Origin: Ginglymostoma cirratum | Lineage: Eukaryota | DNA: 64,000 nt | NCBI GenBank assembly: GCA_024137785.1 | Contig: JAHRHZ010000013.1 | Coordinates: 12,666,707 to 12,730,706, forward strand | Direction: 5' to 3' | Part shown: positions 1-14,400 of the stretch, piece by piece | How the letters are laid out: each line of letters begins with the position of its first letter | Position numbering within the stretch: the first letter of the stretch is position 1 | The notes under the pieces: model-generated | What the model was told of the DNA's origin: nothing | Databases searched by the model: none | What the model saw: only the letters and a program-made list of their open reading frames with translations | Made by a program: the position numbers and the translations under genes

Positions 1-2164
1 GGTCTCATACACAATCTCTCCATTTAGCGAGTATTTGCTTGTGCTATCCTTGTCCCCTGCTGTGCCTGCAAGTCAGTTATATCTCATGTACATATCTCCC
101 ATATCTAAGTTATCCTTTACAGTATTTTTTCAATGACAATATCTGAGCTGGTAAACGTGAGTGCAAGAAGCAGGCAAGTCATTTCTTCACCATCAATATC
201 CTCCTGCTATCCCACTTCTTGAGAGTTTGTGCCAATGCTTGACCATGTAGAAATTTTTAGAGATTTGTAAGGTGAATGGAGCTGGGTTGTGATGAGAAGA
301 GGGAAGGAAAGCAAAGAGGTGGATGCTTACACCTTCTGCAGCTTGTAAATCAGAAGAGATTGTGGCTATGGAGGAGGTGAGGACTTTGGTTCAAATTGAG
401 TACAGTTTGATGTTTTCATATTTGATAGTTTCAGCCCCACTGTTCATCATTGCCTCATCATAGTCACTCCAATGATGGAGGGTGCCATCTATCGCATTGA
501 GCTAAAAACATGCTGACTACCTGTCCTCACCACACAGTATGTGGCTGTAAGCCAGCTTGTCCAATTAGAGAGAGAGAGGTAAGGCAGTGAGAGTGGTGCA
601 ATATATATGGGTGATATTACTGTCATGGCTGAATATCTAACAGTAAGCTGTGAGATGTGAACATAAGGCTCACAGCAGTGCAACATGTGTGAGAGCTGAG
701 ATTACATTATAAATGTTAGGTATGACTCATGATTAATAGAAATTGCTGGTAGATCACTGACAGAATTGAGGTGCAATGAGCCACATATGGGAGTGGTGGT
801 GCAATTGATGTGATTTAACACTTAAGGTGAACTTACTGTCTTTAACCACTCATGAAAGGGCATTTACATTTTCTGCAATGACAGTCCTCAGAGTTAATAC
901 CCTACATGGTTATCTGTTCCAATTGACTCATCAGTGTTTGCCTGTAAGCCCTACTGCTCTTCTGAAGACATCTTTCCTCCTGTCCATGTCACAGATCTCG
1001 ACTTCCAATGCTGCGTATGAGAACTTTGGAGCATATTATGTGTCCTGTTGCACCATTATCAGTGTTCACCCTGTTCCGATTGCCCCACCCAGATCTTTTC
1101 ATAATGTTTTGTAGCTAGAATGTCCTTTCAAAGTTACAGACTAACTTTAAATGATGGGACTACTTTTAATTTGCACCTTTTAAAAGCTGCACTAATGTTA
1201 AGTGATGCTAGTCTTGTGAAAACTTATGCCCCTTGCTGAAGCCTGCAACCACTTAGCGTTCATTTTCCTAAGTCGGTACCACAATGTTCGTGCGCTGGCT
1301 GCATTGGAAGGAACAGACATGGGTTTAATGCACATTACAATCCTGACCCACATTTCAGGGACTATTGAATTTTGACCATGGGCTTTTTCTGTGCTTCAGT
1401 GATATTACAATTACTTGCGAGAATTGTGCTGGAGGCAAAGCATCTGACTCTATAATACATGATGCGGAAAACAATTTCTACTTGAGGTAATAAATAACAG
1501 AAAAAAGTATTATATTAAATAGTTTTACAAGCAGAAAATATTGACAAAGCAGAGCTAGGAACAAAAGGGCAGAAGTATGCCATTGAGACTGTCTTGCCTG
1601 TTTCATCTTTTTGTTCATGGTGTTTGTTAATATATTTATTATTATAATATTTATAATTGGCACTTTACAATTTTAAGATGTTATATTTAGTAGGAAAAGT
1701 ATAAATGCAAAAGATGAGCAATAAACTCTCCCGTAGGCTCATAGGGTAAGAGCACTTCTCGGTGATTGTATCAGCCAAAAAACTCGTAGCTCTAATCTTT
1801 TATTTGTGTTGATTTACTTCATATTAGTTGGAGCAGCAGTTAGGCATTTTTGGAGTTGGCGTTAGTGGGCACAAACTCACGAACAGAAACCAGTTAGGAT
1901 TCTTATACCCTGATCATTACCCAGTTTAAAACAAAAGCCTGTGTGTATATATTGTTGTTAAGTGAGATGTGGATTGGTTATTAGAAAATTGTCCGCAGTC
2001 AGCAGTCTCTCACATATAATTGCCACGAGTGAGGCGTCTGAGAGTGGCTTCTACCAATCAGTAGGATTACCAGCATTAATCACCGCTTGCAAGAAGTGGG
2101 TGTAGGAAAAGCAGTGAAAGCTGGAAAAGAAAAACACAATTATTCAGTGACTCCCATTGACAAC

Positions 2165-2550
2165 TGTGGCTCAGTGGTAGCACTTTCACTTCTGAGTCAA
2201 GAGGTTACAGATTCAATTTACAGTCCAAAGTCTAGGCTGTGAAAATGTACTTCAGTAGAAGACTGAGGAAGTGTTGTGCTGCCACAAGTGTTGGCTTTTG
2301 GATAAAATGTTAAATCAAGATCCCATCTGTTACTCAAATCCTGCGGCACAATTTTGAGGAAGAGGGTTGGCCAACATTCATTTTTCAATCAAAATAATGA
2401 AACAATATTAAGTGATCGTTGTCAGTTGTTGTTTACGAATCATGCTGCACGAACATTGTTTGTTGTTTTTCCTACATTATGGAATAAGAGTAAAGCACTT
2501 TAATTGGAACATTTTGAAGATGTAAAAGGTGTCATGTGAGTCTTTCTTTC
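2165..2550 (+). mobile_element. Old tRNA-derived SINE (DeuSINE/SacSINE-like)
   Basis: A-box GTGGCTCAGTGGTAGCAC, a degenerate B-box, and a Deu-like core (ACTGAGGAAGTGTTG...CTTTTGGATAAAATGTTAAATCAAG). Similar relics lie near 7025-7230 and 23973-24380. Confidence 0.55.
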
Positions 2551-5500
2551 TGAGGGCTACATATCAGCGTCAGCTGAAAATCAGTGATACTTTAAAGTAA
2601 ACTTTAATATTTGGTTTAAAACATACCTTTTAAATTGCAATACTTTACTCCAAAGTCTGCAAATGTCGTTGGAGCTGATCCCACTCTATCAATAATATTG
2701 CCAAAAGTGCAACAACGCAGTGGGAGAAAATGCAAGGAAATCCCTCTACTACATGTTCTGAAACATGTGACAGAATGAAATTGAAAAATCCATTTTGAAT
2801 ATCTCTCCTGACAAATGTAATTTTATTTTGTTATCCAAGAATTTAGAGTAGTGGTGATATTCGTCCTAGTTTTCTCAGACTAGATCCTGTAGACTTATGG
2901 ATTTTTCATGTGATTAATCTACAATCCAACATACTATTTTATGCATAAATATATTATAACATATAGTGCAAAGTAAGATCTTCATAATATTGCAAATACG
3001 TATTAAATTTTACTTAAAAGAAGTCAGAAACTTAGATTTTTATAATATCGTGAGAAATCAGAGTTTTTCTCTGAGGTATGTGGAGCAGGTAAGTATAGAG
3101 TGGGGGCAGGGAGAAAGGAAGAGTAAAATGTGTTAAAATAAACAAAAGTGTAGTCAAAGTGGTGTTTTCTAGAGGCAGGAAGATAAGGAGCAATGTTCCA
3201 GAAGCCAGAATTAGAGGAGTGGAAAACAAGGAATAAGTCAGTATTGAAAGAGTGAATGATAAGTGGTAAGTTACAGAGTTCGAAGAAGTTGCGTAAATAG
3301 CAAAAAGCAAAACCATAGTGTGTTTTAAAATTGACACACAAATCTTAATGTTGAATCTCTAGATTAGAGGCAGCAGGTAAAACACGACAAGTGTGATAGT
3401 GATGGATTTATTGGCCTTGTTGCAGGTCAGTACATGGGCCTCAGCATTCTGAATGACATGTAGTCTATGATTGGCAGGAGCAAGGAAGACTGCAAGGTGA
3501 GCATTGACATCCAGTCGCAAAATGATAAAAGCATCAAAAGTGATTTGCAGCTTCAAAGAAGGGATTGAACAAACGGTAATGGGTGTTCTGGAGGTGACAC
3601 AAAATGATCATAGTGACAGATCAAATGCTGAGGTTAAACTGAGCATTGAGCAAAACTCCCTAACTTCCTGGTCAAAGCTTTAAATAAAAGTTGGTAAAGC
3701 TAAGGGCATTGAAGCTGGGTCTATATTGGCATTTGTGAGTCAAAGAGGATACTTTTTATTTTTCACTTATTAAATTAGAGCATGTCTTTGCTCATTCCAG
3801 TGTTAATGTTGGTTAGGAAGATGGTACCAAAGCTGTAAACTTGATGGAAGAGATGAATCGTGAAACTATGTTTTTCCTGTGTACAGCAGGCTGTTGTAGA
3901 TGACTGAGAACAAATTAGTAGTTCATAGCATGTTGTTATAGGCTTTTACCCAGCGATGGCAGGATGAAAGGCTAACAGTGAAAATCATCCAGCCTACTGT
4001 AATGAACTGGGTTTCTTCATAACACTATTCTACATGGTAACATTGACCAAAGAAGACTTTAGCAATGAGAATATTATTGAAGTTTTAAAAATCAGCTCTT
4101 TCTAAAATAAAGTTTAATACAACATTAAGCATTAATGAAAACAAGTATTAAAGTTTCATATTTTCTTAGAAAATATTTGGGGTAAAACACATTGTAAAAC
4201 GAAACATATTATTTTCATTACAAAATTACTACCTTAAAAATGCTAACTTAATTATAGAAACTTTTAATTTTCAAATTGCAACTGCTTTTGATTAGTGTCT
4301 TGAGAAACATAAACAGCAAAGACTGTCTTCAAGAAATGATTATATTATGTTAAGCCAGACGATGCAAGCTATGCCATGATACACACTGACAGAGAATTTG
4401 ACCTTTTGCTTTTTCCTGTTTCTCACCTCTTGTCACAGAAGTCCAGCTGACCACTGGGAAGACAAATGATTTGATGAGGGAGTTTTGTCCTTTTGCTCTT
4501 TACATGGTGCAAGTGATGGAGAACACATGTGGAAAGAAGCATTTCAATCCACATTCTGTTTACGAGAACCTTTAGAAGTGTCAACATCTCTCATCACATC
4601 CTATAAAGGCTGTTACAGTCCAAGGGTTCTACTGAGATACACAAAGATTTCTTCACATCCAAGTGTACGATATGCTCTACTGGACTATGTATTGAAAAGA
4701 AGGAAGACTGGAATATCCATTCCCTTTTGCACTGTCCATCCCCTCTCTCAAGAGTTCTGGAAAATGTCATTTAGTCTTGTTAGATTGTATGCTTGCTTTT
4801 GTAAGAAATATATGAGCACATTTCAGGATAACTTACAAGTGCTTTTCACATGTGCATCTCTTAAGTGTAATCAGGAGATAGCCATGTGCAGAAGATTAGG
4901 TTAAATCATGAAGAAAGGGGAAGCATCAGTCTACTATCCTTTTCATTATATAATCTCAAATGTAGGAAGGAATTATAATATTTCATCAGCCTGCCAATCC
5001 ACCACCAATACCACAGATCCAAGTTCAAAACAGAAAAATTGCTGCCATCCTTTCCTCAAACTTGAAAGGAGGATTAAGAGAAGGAATTCTCGTATGAAAA
5101 TGAAAGAAAAACATGTATATTCAGAGTCAAATCTCCACAAAAGTTGGTCCATTGAAGTAAATTGAAGTAACAAATAGCATGGGTGCATAAAATGTGAAGA
5201 GAAGTTTTTGTACATAACAAATGACGGTACCAGACCTTACTCCCAACTTTACACATTAGAGAAACTATGTAATCGGCCATTGTATGTAGTGGTACTGCAA
5301 ATTTAAAAATATCACAAATATTATGGTGTGAATTTGAAATGCTTCATTAAGCCTTCTGATCAACCTAATGGGATTAACATAGTCTGTAAAAAGAAGTCCT
5401 TGTCTGTTGATCAGAGCAAACTATTGGCTCAAGTACCCTTGTAATGGTAGATGATACCCTCTTGTTAATTAATCTTCTGTACCCAATTCACTCAGTACAA

Positions 5501-5559
5501 TGGAAACAACAAGTGAACTGCAAATCCAAATACTATAGGAATTGCCAAAACTTCAGAAT

Positions 5560-6480
5560 GTGCCATTGATGAAAGTGAAAACTTTAGCAAAAAATTACTT
5601 AAGGGAGAAATATGTTTGTAAAATATTCAAGGAAGTTGATGATAATGGCAAAGTGAAAGAAAACAGCAGAGGATGACTGAAAACGAAAGACATAAACTGG
5701 AATATAGGCATAAACTAGCAAAAACTACACAGAAAATTAGTAAGCTCTTCTACAAGTATATAAAAAGAAAATAAACATTTGTCCCTTTAGAGGATGAGAC
5801 CAAGGAATTGAGGGAATTGCTCATAGGAACAAGGAAATAACGAAGAACTTGAACAAATATTTTGTATTTAGCTTCATGGCAGAAGATACTAAAAGCATCC
5901 CAATACAAATAAAAAATGTTAATGCCAGAGACAGAGGAATGTATTTCAATCATTACCACAACAGAAAAAGTACTAAGAAATGTAAAAGAACAGAAAGTTG
6001 CCAAGCCCCTTGATCCTGATCACTTAGATCCTAAGACCTAAAACATTACAGCTACAGTGAAAATGGATGCATTGGTTGTAGTCTTCCAAAATTCTCTGGG
6101 TTCTGGAAAGGTTCCAACAGACTGTAAAATCACAAATGCAATGCACCTAATCAAGAAACAAGGGGGGACAAAAATCAGGAAACTGTATACAGTTAACCTA
6201 ACAACTGTCATATGGAAAATGCTAGAATTCATTACTATTAATGTAATCAAACAATCTTTAGAAATCAAAATGCAATCAAGGAAAGTTAACATGGCTATGA
6301 AAATGAAATTGTGTTTGACACACTTATCAGAACTCTTTCTGAATGAACACCATGCAGTGCTCATAGAGACAAAGTCCTGTCTTCACAGTGAGGATATCCT
6401 CCAAATGTTATGTAAATGGGGTACTTTCAGAACAGATCTATCAACTCAGCGTTGGTCAAACATGAGGTGTTGTGGGTAGA
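5560..6480 (+). mobile_element. Decayed CR1 LINE ORF2 fragment
   Basis: ORF 6057-6479 reads DALVVVFQNSLGSGKVPTDCKITNAMHLIKKQG...VNLTTVIWKMLE, matching the CR1 pre-RT region. Confidence 0.75.
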
Positions 6481-8989
6481 CAGCAGCAATAGACTTGTGT
6501 TCCATTACATTTTGTAACCTTATGGTCCTACATACCCCTCACTCTACCATTCTGTTACTGGAGCACAAAGATTCATTAGGTAATTAATAACCCCAAATTA
6601 ACCATTTCTGAAACCTCTGTGACTGAACAACGATTGAAGGGAATAAAGGGTAACATTGAGAAATCAAACACTTCCCACTGTTACTATAGTAAAATTCTGC
6701 CTTGGCGGATGGTTACATTTCAAGACAGTACTATACTACCTCAGAATTTCAGAGAGCTGGGAACTCTGTAGGTATAAGTCTCTATTATAGCTTGGAAGGT
6801 GAATCAGGTAAGTTCAGGGAAGATTTAGGAACTTTTAAATCTTTAAAGATACTCAGAGAAAATTTCCCACCGGGAAATCATCTCCCACCGGGGAGAAATT
6901 TCTACTCTGAGCAGGGAGGGACAAATGGACAGAGTCTGGGGTAGAATTCTTTTCAGCTTAACAGTGGCAACATATCATGTTATTTGTCTTTAAAATAGAA
7001 AGCATCCAAATTGATAACACTGTCAGCTGTAGCTTAAAAGGTTGTGGATTCAATTCCTGCTCTAGGACTCCAGCATAATATGAAGGCTGATGTTCTAATG
7101 CAGTATTGAGGCTGTGCAAGAAGTATCAGAGGTAATATCATTCAGATGAAACACCATACCCATCTGCTCTCAATGGTAGAAAGAAAAGATCCTAAACCAT
7201 GCTCAAAAAATGGAATAGAAACTATTCCTGACTACCAAGGGTTTTAGACATAAGAATTTTAATTAGACCTTAAAAGGCATGGAGCCGATGTAGATTAGTG
7301 AACATCGGGTTAATAAGCAAGTGAAATCTGGTGAAGGATACAGTAAGAGCAGCAGAATTATGGATAAACTAAAGTTTACAGAGTGTGAAGGATGGCAGAC
7401 CTGTCAAGTGAGAAATGGAATAACTGAATCCAAAGGGAGTAAAAACAATGCTGAGAGTTTCGGCAACAAATGAGGCAACGGAAGGACAGAGATTGAAGTG
7501 AAAGTACCTGCAGGGAACATGCAGTTTTGAAAGTTTGGCTTAAGTTGAACTGAAACCAAAGTTGCAAACTGTCTGATTTAGACTGAGATAGGGTCTGATC
7601 TGGTGTGGGGAACTGAGGGTTGGGATGGACAGGTGGGAAAAAGGTTTGGTCAGTTTCCTGAGATGTACAATGCATTGTGTACAATGATGTCGACAATATT
7701 GGTTCAATTCTTATACTGGTTGTAGTAGCTCATAGCAGCCTGCCCCCATACCTTGCCCTACATTTGATCTAGTGTGGTGCCCTCAAGCTATATAACCAAT
7801 TGACTCTCTGTAATAGAGAGCAATGTTTATGATTCTGTGTAGATTGTAATTGTTTACTATTACCATTGGGTGAGTGATGTGAGAACATGGAGATTGTGTT
7901 GGGGACAAAAGACAATGGCTTCAGTTTTCCCAATATTTAACAAGAAGTCATTTCAGCTCATTCAAGATGCAATTTCAAACAGTCAGTCTGAGAGCACAGA
8001 GACAGGTTAAGAGATGGTGAAGAGTTTGAGTTGGATGTCATTATTTTACATGTAAAAGCTGACCTCATGTCTGCAGCTTATTTTGCCATTGAGTCATATT
8101 GGTCAGGAATGGAATGCCTAAGGTGAATTCTTGGTTGATGGTATATAGGTGGCAAGAAAAGCCATTGCTGACATGGTTCTGGCAATTATCAGAGAATAGA
8201 GTTTGCGCAAAGGACATGGGCTACTTTGGGCAGATTTAATCATTGTATCGTGAGAAATGTAGCCATGAAGCTGGATATAACACACGTTCAAGGGACAAAA
8301 TTGTGACAAAGGCTTATTGTTAAATAAACATGTTGTCAAATTCTATGTACAGCACCAAGTAGGTTGTAATAGCAGCTGACATTCAGCTGGCATTGGTGGT
8401 TAGTCAGTGATGAAGTTATCCAGGTGCTGACCCTGTAGGTAAATGGTAATATCAGTAAATTTATAATCAATTAAAGTGTAATCTACAGTAGCAGATAAAT
8501 GTTAATATCTTTAACTTTTTCACATAACGATAGTGACTACATTTCAAAGGTATATCATTGGTTGTAAAAGTGTCTTTAGATATTTACATCATAAAAGGCA
8601 GTATATATATTCTGGTTTTCCTTTTTATTTGAAAGCTAAGTTCCAATGTTAAGTGATCCAGGAATTCTTCATTGTTCAATAACGAGAAACTTGTCCTGTG
8701 GTCGCAAAATAAACTGAAACAAGCTCTCTGATTTAGGAGGGACCTAATGAGCTTCCAGCATTGCAAAATGGAAGGAGAACCTGGTGTCAAGATAACAACA
8801 GCAGATCCTTTTTAGGGGATGTTCTGATCAAGCATTGCAGATTGTGCCAAAAGTAATTTTTGCTGTATCAGTTATTGCTTTGAAATCCCAAGTTCCAGGG
8901 CCAATACATCATTGGTCAATACTTCAGATTCAGAGAAAAAATGAAAAAGTCAGTTACAAAGAGAACCAGGTTGGTTAATGTTTGTTAAT

Positions 8990-10000
8990 TCATTCAGTAG
9001 CTTCACTAGCAAGGCCAAAGTTTATTGCTCCCTACTTGTTACTCAGAAGGAGATAGGAAGTCACATTCTTCAACCACTGCAGTTTGTGTGATGCAAGTAC
9101 ACCTACAATGTTGTCACGTATGGATAGCTGTACTTTGACCCAACAATCATGAAGGAAAGCTGATGCATTTGCAAGTCAGAGTTGCATATGATGGAAAAGA
9201 ATGATAGTTCCTACTGTCGCTATTTGCCTTCTACCCTTCTCCTTCTAGGTGGAAAAGATCCCTATTTTGGAAGATGCAGTCCAAGAAGCCTCATATTCCG
9301 TTGTAGAAGTACATTTTGTAGATAGTACGCAGTGCAGCCACATTGTACCAATAGTGGACAGCATGAAAGTATGAGAGGTACCAATCAGGTAGGTATCTTT
9401 GTCCTGCAAGGTGCTGAGCTTCTTGAGTGTAGTTTGAGCTGCATCCTTTAGGAGTTACACTTGTGACTTGTGCCTTATGCCTGGGGGAATGGCTTTAGAT
9501 AGTCAGGAGGTGAATCACTTATTGCATAATGACCAAGTGCTGACTTGCTTCTACCATCATAATGTTGATATAGCTGATCCAATTCAATTTTTGGTCAATG
9601 ATAATCCCCAAGATGTTGATAAGTGGAGTTTCGGCAATGGCAATATTGTTGAAAATCAAGGGTGTGATTAATGGAATTGCTCTTGTTGGAGATGATCATA
9701 ACCTGGTACTTGTGTAGCACTAATCAGCCCAAACTGAATATTATCCAGATCTTTCAGAACAGACCACTTAATTATCTGAAAAGTGTGAGTGTGAGTTTTC
9801 GCAGTGAACTCTGCAATCATCTGTAAATTTATCGTTTCCTGCCATATGATGGAGGTGAACTTGTTGATGAAGCTACTGAAGATGGTTGGGCCTGGTATAC
9901 AAATCTGAGGAACACCCTGAAACTGGACACTTTGGTTTACAACAAACACAACGATCTTTCTTTCTGCTGGGACTCCAACTAGAGGAGAGGTCTCCCCCTG
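8990..10000 (-). mobile_element. Decayed CR1-clade LINE 3' fragment
   Basis: RT motif QGVPQICIPGPTIFSSFIN in ORF 9668-10003. Same family as 18770-19865. Confidence 0.65.
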
Positions 10001-11299
10001 CATGGGCAGATATCTTTATACTTCACTGGAGGTAGCAGCTGGATTACCAGAATAGATATTCTGTGTGACCTGCAAATGACTGTTGATATAAGGCAATTAC
10101 ATACAATTGTTGTGTTCTGTTTCATGTTTCACCAAATATATTTGATTGATACCTCTTTGTCTGATATATGTCAGTCAGACATCAATCCGTTTGCATTCTT
10201 CAGTGACCAAAAGATCAACTTTAAATCTGTAACTCCATGATAGAATAGTGCCAAATGAGAACTGAACAAGCATTTATCAGGGATTGGAAGAAAGTTGAGG
10301 ATACTATCATTATAATTCTGAATAATGTATCAGTTTCCAAATGCGTGTTCTAAGCATCAAGCTCTATCTCATCACAACACTTTTTGACCCCTCTACAATT
10401 CCAAATTCTAAAAATGCTTAAGTTACATCCCACTTACCTGACAACTGCTTAACAGGCAACAAAAAGCAAAAAGATTTACCGATTAAATATTGGGAAAACC
10501 AAAGCCATTAACTTTGCAAAAGGAAGAAGACATTGATGATAAAGAAAGAATGGCACTTAATGCATTGCTTGCAGCCAGAGTTCTGTGACATGAGACAAAG
10601 GTATCTCAAGTGGTAGCCAGCTGCAGGGTGAGGTCTCAAGCAGATTCAGATAAGGCTAACGTACAAAATAAAAAGCTGTTACTCATGGTTCAACTGAGTT
10701 GGTCAGTTGTGTCCTCAATGTGGAAGTGAATGGCCAGATGTGCCATCACAACTGCAGGCACACATACACAAGTGAAGAAGCTATTTCTCTACTTTAGGCC
10801 ACTGATCAGAAAGAAATGAACTTAGCACCTGCACAGCTCACAGATCAAATGCAGAGGTCCTCAGCAACCTAACAGCGCAAACGGAATGAGAACAAGTAAC
10901 ACAGAAACAACAAACAACAAAGGAACAACAATCTACAGAGAAACAATGTCATCTAGATGAACAGACAGCAACATCGACTCATGTGTATTGTTAAGAGAAT
11001 GGGATGATTTAAAGACTATGAACTAAATCCCACCTTTTTTGGCTAAGTTTGAGATTTCTGGAGGGGTTTTCACGGCAAGTCCTCTCACCCTATCTTACGA
11101 AATTCTCTTCATGAATTACGTACCGCCCTTGATCTTACCACACACCATTCTGACAACTCACCACTCAGCAGATATCTGCTGAAACACTGGCATCCCTTGC
11201 TCCCATGCCATCTTTAAAAGCCCATTGTGCCTTGAATGAATACTGATATTAAAAAGCATCTTGACTTGGTCAAGGATGGAGTCTGACTACATCAGACAA

Positions 11300-11460
11300 G
11301 GGGAAGATGACGCCACGATTCTCCAACTGGGACTCGGGGGTCATGGTGAACAGGGTGGTCCAAAGGAGAGGTGTCCTCTTCCTGAAGGATTGGCAGAGGG
11401 GGCTGCACCACCAGATCCTGCCAGCCTGGTCTGAAATTTCCATCCAGTCTAGCGGTTCAG
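11300..11460 (+). mobile_element. PIF/Harbinger Myb/SANT-like ORF relic
   Basis: Translates KMTPRFSNWDSGVMVNRVVQRRGVLF, resembling the Harbinger/NAIF1-type trihelix start. Confidence 0.4.
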
Positions 11461-14400
11461 ATAGGTAGTAAAGGTCCAGCGGTATTACTCAAAGAAGTGC
11501 AGATCTTTTTGTTTGGTGTTCAAGCCTAAATTCCTCTTAATGAAAATTCTAGTAGAACTCAATTAACAAACTATTTGTCCTATTGTTGTTTGTGGGGAAG
11601 TGCTCACACTTAGATATGTATTAGCAGCCACTGGACTTCAAAATGATTGATTATGAATGAAGTGTTTTGGTAAGTCACTGTATAAATGTGAATGATGTTA
11701 GTAAGTATTAATGTTTTGTATCATTTTGTAAGCTGTGCAAATGTGGTTCTTGGAACTTTTCCCCACAGTTCATCATAGTACGAATAAAAAAATTGATTGG
11801 AAATGAGGCTTCATAAAAACAGTAAATCCTAATTATGCAATAGCTGTCAGTTATTTCATGTGGCATATTAATGCTGTAAGTTAGTTGACATGTCACTCTA
11901 TATTGTTTAGCTGCCTGAGGCAACTATTACAACTGATAGGACACGGAATAGCTCATGCATCCACCTTTGGCAACTCTACTGAAAGTAACATCAGACAGAT
12001 TATTGGAGGTAAAACTGATCATTAGTGAAGCAAAAAATATATTTAAGTTTCTTTTTGACCTTCGCTCATTATGTTGAATCACGTTTGGCATCTAAGCAAA
12101 AATTAACTTGTTTTCTAGTCACTGATTCCATTATGTTCCATGCGCAATATCAGAGACCAAAGCAAATTGTTTATAACTTCATTATCCTAAGTGATCCAGA
12201 GCTAGTATTGCCAAGTCTTACAACATCTATTTTCCTCATGTTGTCCACTTTCTCCCCTCCCATTTGCTCCTGAAACCCTTCTCAAGTTTCTGTTTGCTCC
12301 AAATTCAAACAACCCAGTGTTCTCGTGAAAAGAAAAATCCCATTTTCCATAAAATTTTTTTGATCAAAAACTCTACTGCTTGAATCCTAATTAGCACCAA
12401 GTCCTTTTCACTGACTTTCCCTCTTATTGGAGACCTACACTGTCTCCCAGCCTGGTGATCATTCAAATTTAAAATTCCCTTCTTTCTGTACCGACTCCTC
12501 CATGGCTTTTCTTTCCCTGTACCCTCAGTTTCGAACTGTTAGGACAGACAGTCACCTAATACTTCCAATGTTGTGATATGTTCAGGGTTTGCAAGAAGGT
12601 AGAACGAGAGCAGCATAGAAATCTTGGAGAATTATGGGGCTGGAATCAGTCACTACAATAGAGAGGGGTAATGGAGGGGTTTAAAAACAGCAATGAGTAT
12701 TTTAAAATCAAAGTCTTTCAGGTCAATAGACAACATAAATCACTGGATGAGCCGATAGAATTATAGATGAGTTTCAGATGTTGGATTGTTTCCATCTTAG
12801 GTTTATTGTTGATTTTTGTCTGATTATGCTCCTGTGAAGTACCTTGGGTGATTTTGCTATATTCAAGTAATTCAAGTAAACATGAGTTGTTGCTGCTATC
12901 TGTTCAAAGACACGCTGATAACAACGTTGCCTTAGAGGTTATCAAAAACATTTGAGGATTTTGTATCACCAAAGTAATCAAGAGTTCTACAGCTGCTGAT
13001 GTGCTCAGACTGTGATTTAAACTCACAGCAACAAGTTGCATTTACATCACACTTTTTAAGGTATGAAGAGCTGTGCATGCACAATCCAATATTAATAATA
13101 TACTTATATAATAATGCATGTTGTTGCAAAACACTTTGGGTCCAGGTAGATCTTGCTGGAGAGACTGAGAAGGGTAATTGAGAGGTCTATCAAAAAATAG
13201 GATGCTTCAGAATGGTTAAAGCTCATTGGATGACTATGGTCCTCTGATGAATTAACACTTAAGTACATGAATCTTTGGTTTCTACTAATTTCTGACAGGT
13301 TTAAGCAGAAGCATTATTTATGGAAAGTGCGCATTAAAATTTGACACAGTTATAAATGCCCAAAAAACATTAATATTATTGTTATTTCTAATTTTCAGTC
13401 ATTTCTTTTGCCATGTTTGACATTAAACCTCGGAGTAAGCCTGGAGCAGCTAAGAAACTGTTACTCATTCATTTCAGAAGATTTTTATGAAATCGCGTCC
13501 AGAGAATTTCTGCATTGTATATCAGCAACCATGAGGTCATCCTTCAGACATAGTATTAAATTGAAGGCCAGAAGCCCCCTTCAGTTAGACAGAAATGAAC
13601 CCATGGCGCAATAACTTAGAAGACCATAAGAGTGCTGTAGTTTCTTCTTATTATGAAGAACCACTACCAACATTACTAAAACAAATTGTCTAGTCATTAT
13701 CACATTGTTATTTGTAAAAATGTTGTTATGCACAAATTCACTGCTGCAGATATAACAACAGAATAATAATAATAGACTTATAATAGGACAGTGACTGCAT
13801 TTCTGAACTACGTCATTAGTATAATTAGTATTTTGGGGCATTGTGAGGTTGTGAAACGTGTAAGCTTTCTAATCAAAGTAAGCTTTTTTTCTTAATTTTC
13901 ATGGATGGCAAACTGCATTTCAATAGTAGATTTTATTGCTATTTTTTTAATGTAAGCCCAGTAACTGGATTCCGGCTTTTAACCTGACATGTCCGTTGGA
14001 ACAGGAGCCTCTCAGATCTGTGACAATCTCTTTTATTTATATCTATTTTTGTACTAAGTCAGCAATAGGTAACACTTACACAGCAGACTGGTCCAGGAGC
14101 TGATGGGTGGCAGTGTTCAATTCTGCCCAGCAATAGGGAAGGGCATATTTTAATGTTTTTAATATGGGGGGCCATAGTATGGGGGCCACTTAAGCGTTGA
14201 AAAGTTACAGGCACTTTGGAAAATCAGGAATTATACAAGAGAAAGCAATAAAGTTTGTCTTCATGTGAGTGTCTTAGGGAGTACTGCAGTTATCTGTGAT
14301 GATAGGAAAGCAACTGAGCTATACAGATTCTGTGGAGTGCACCTGTGAGGAGTCAAGAGCAGTTGGTTCATTCTGTGCTAATAAAGTTTAGGAAGAAGTT

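Noticed and set aside
6860-6902. Short tandem duplication TCCCACCGGGA
   Set aside because: Only two copies, probably slippage within an old repeat. Not an array or CRISPR.
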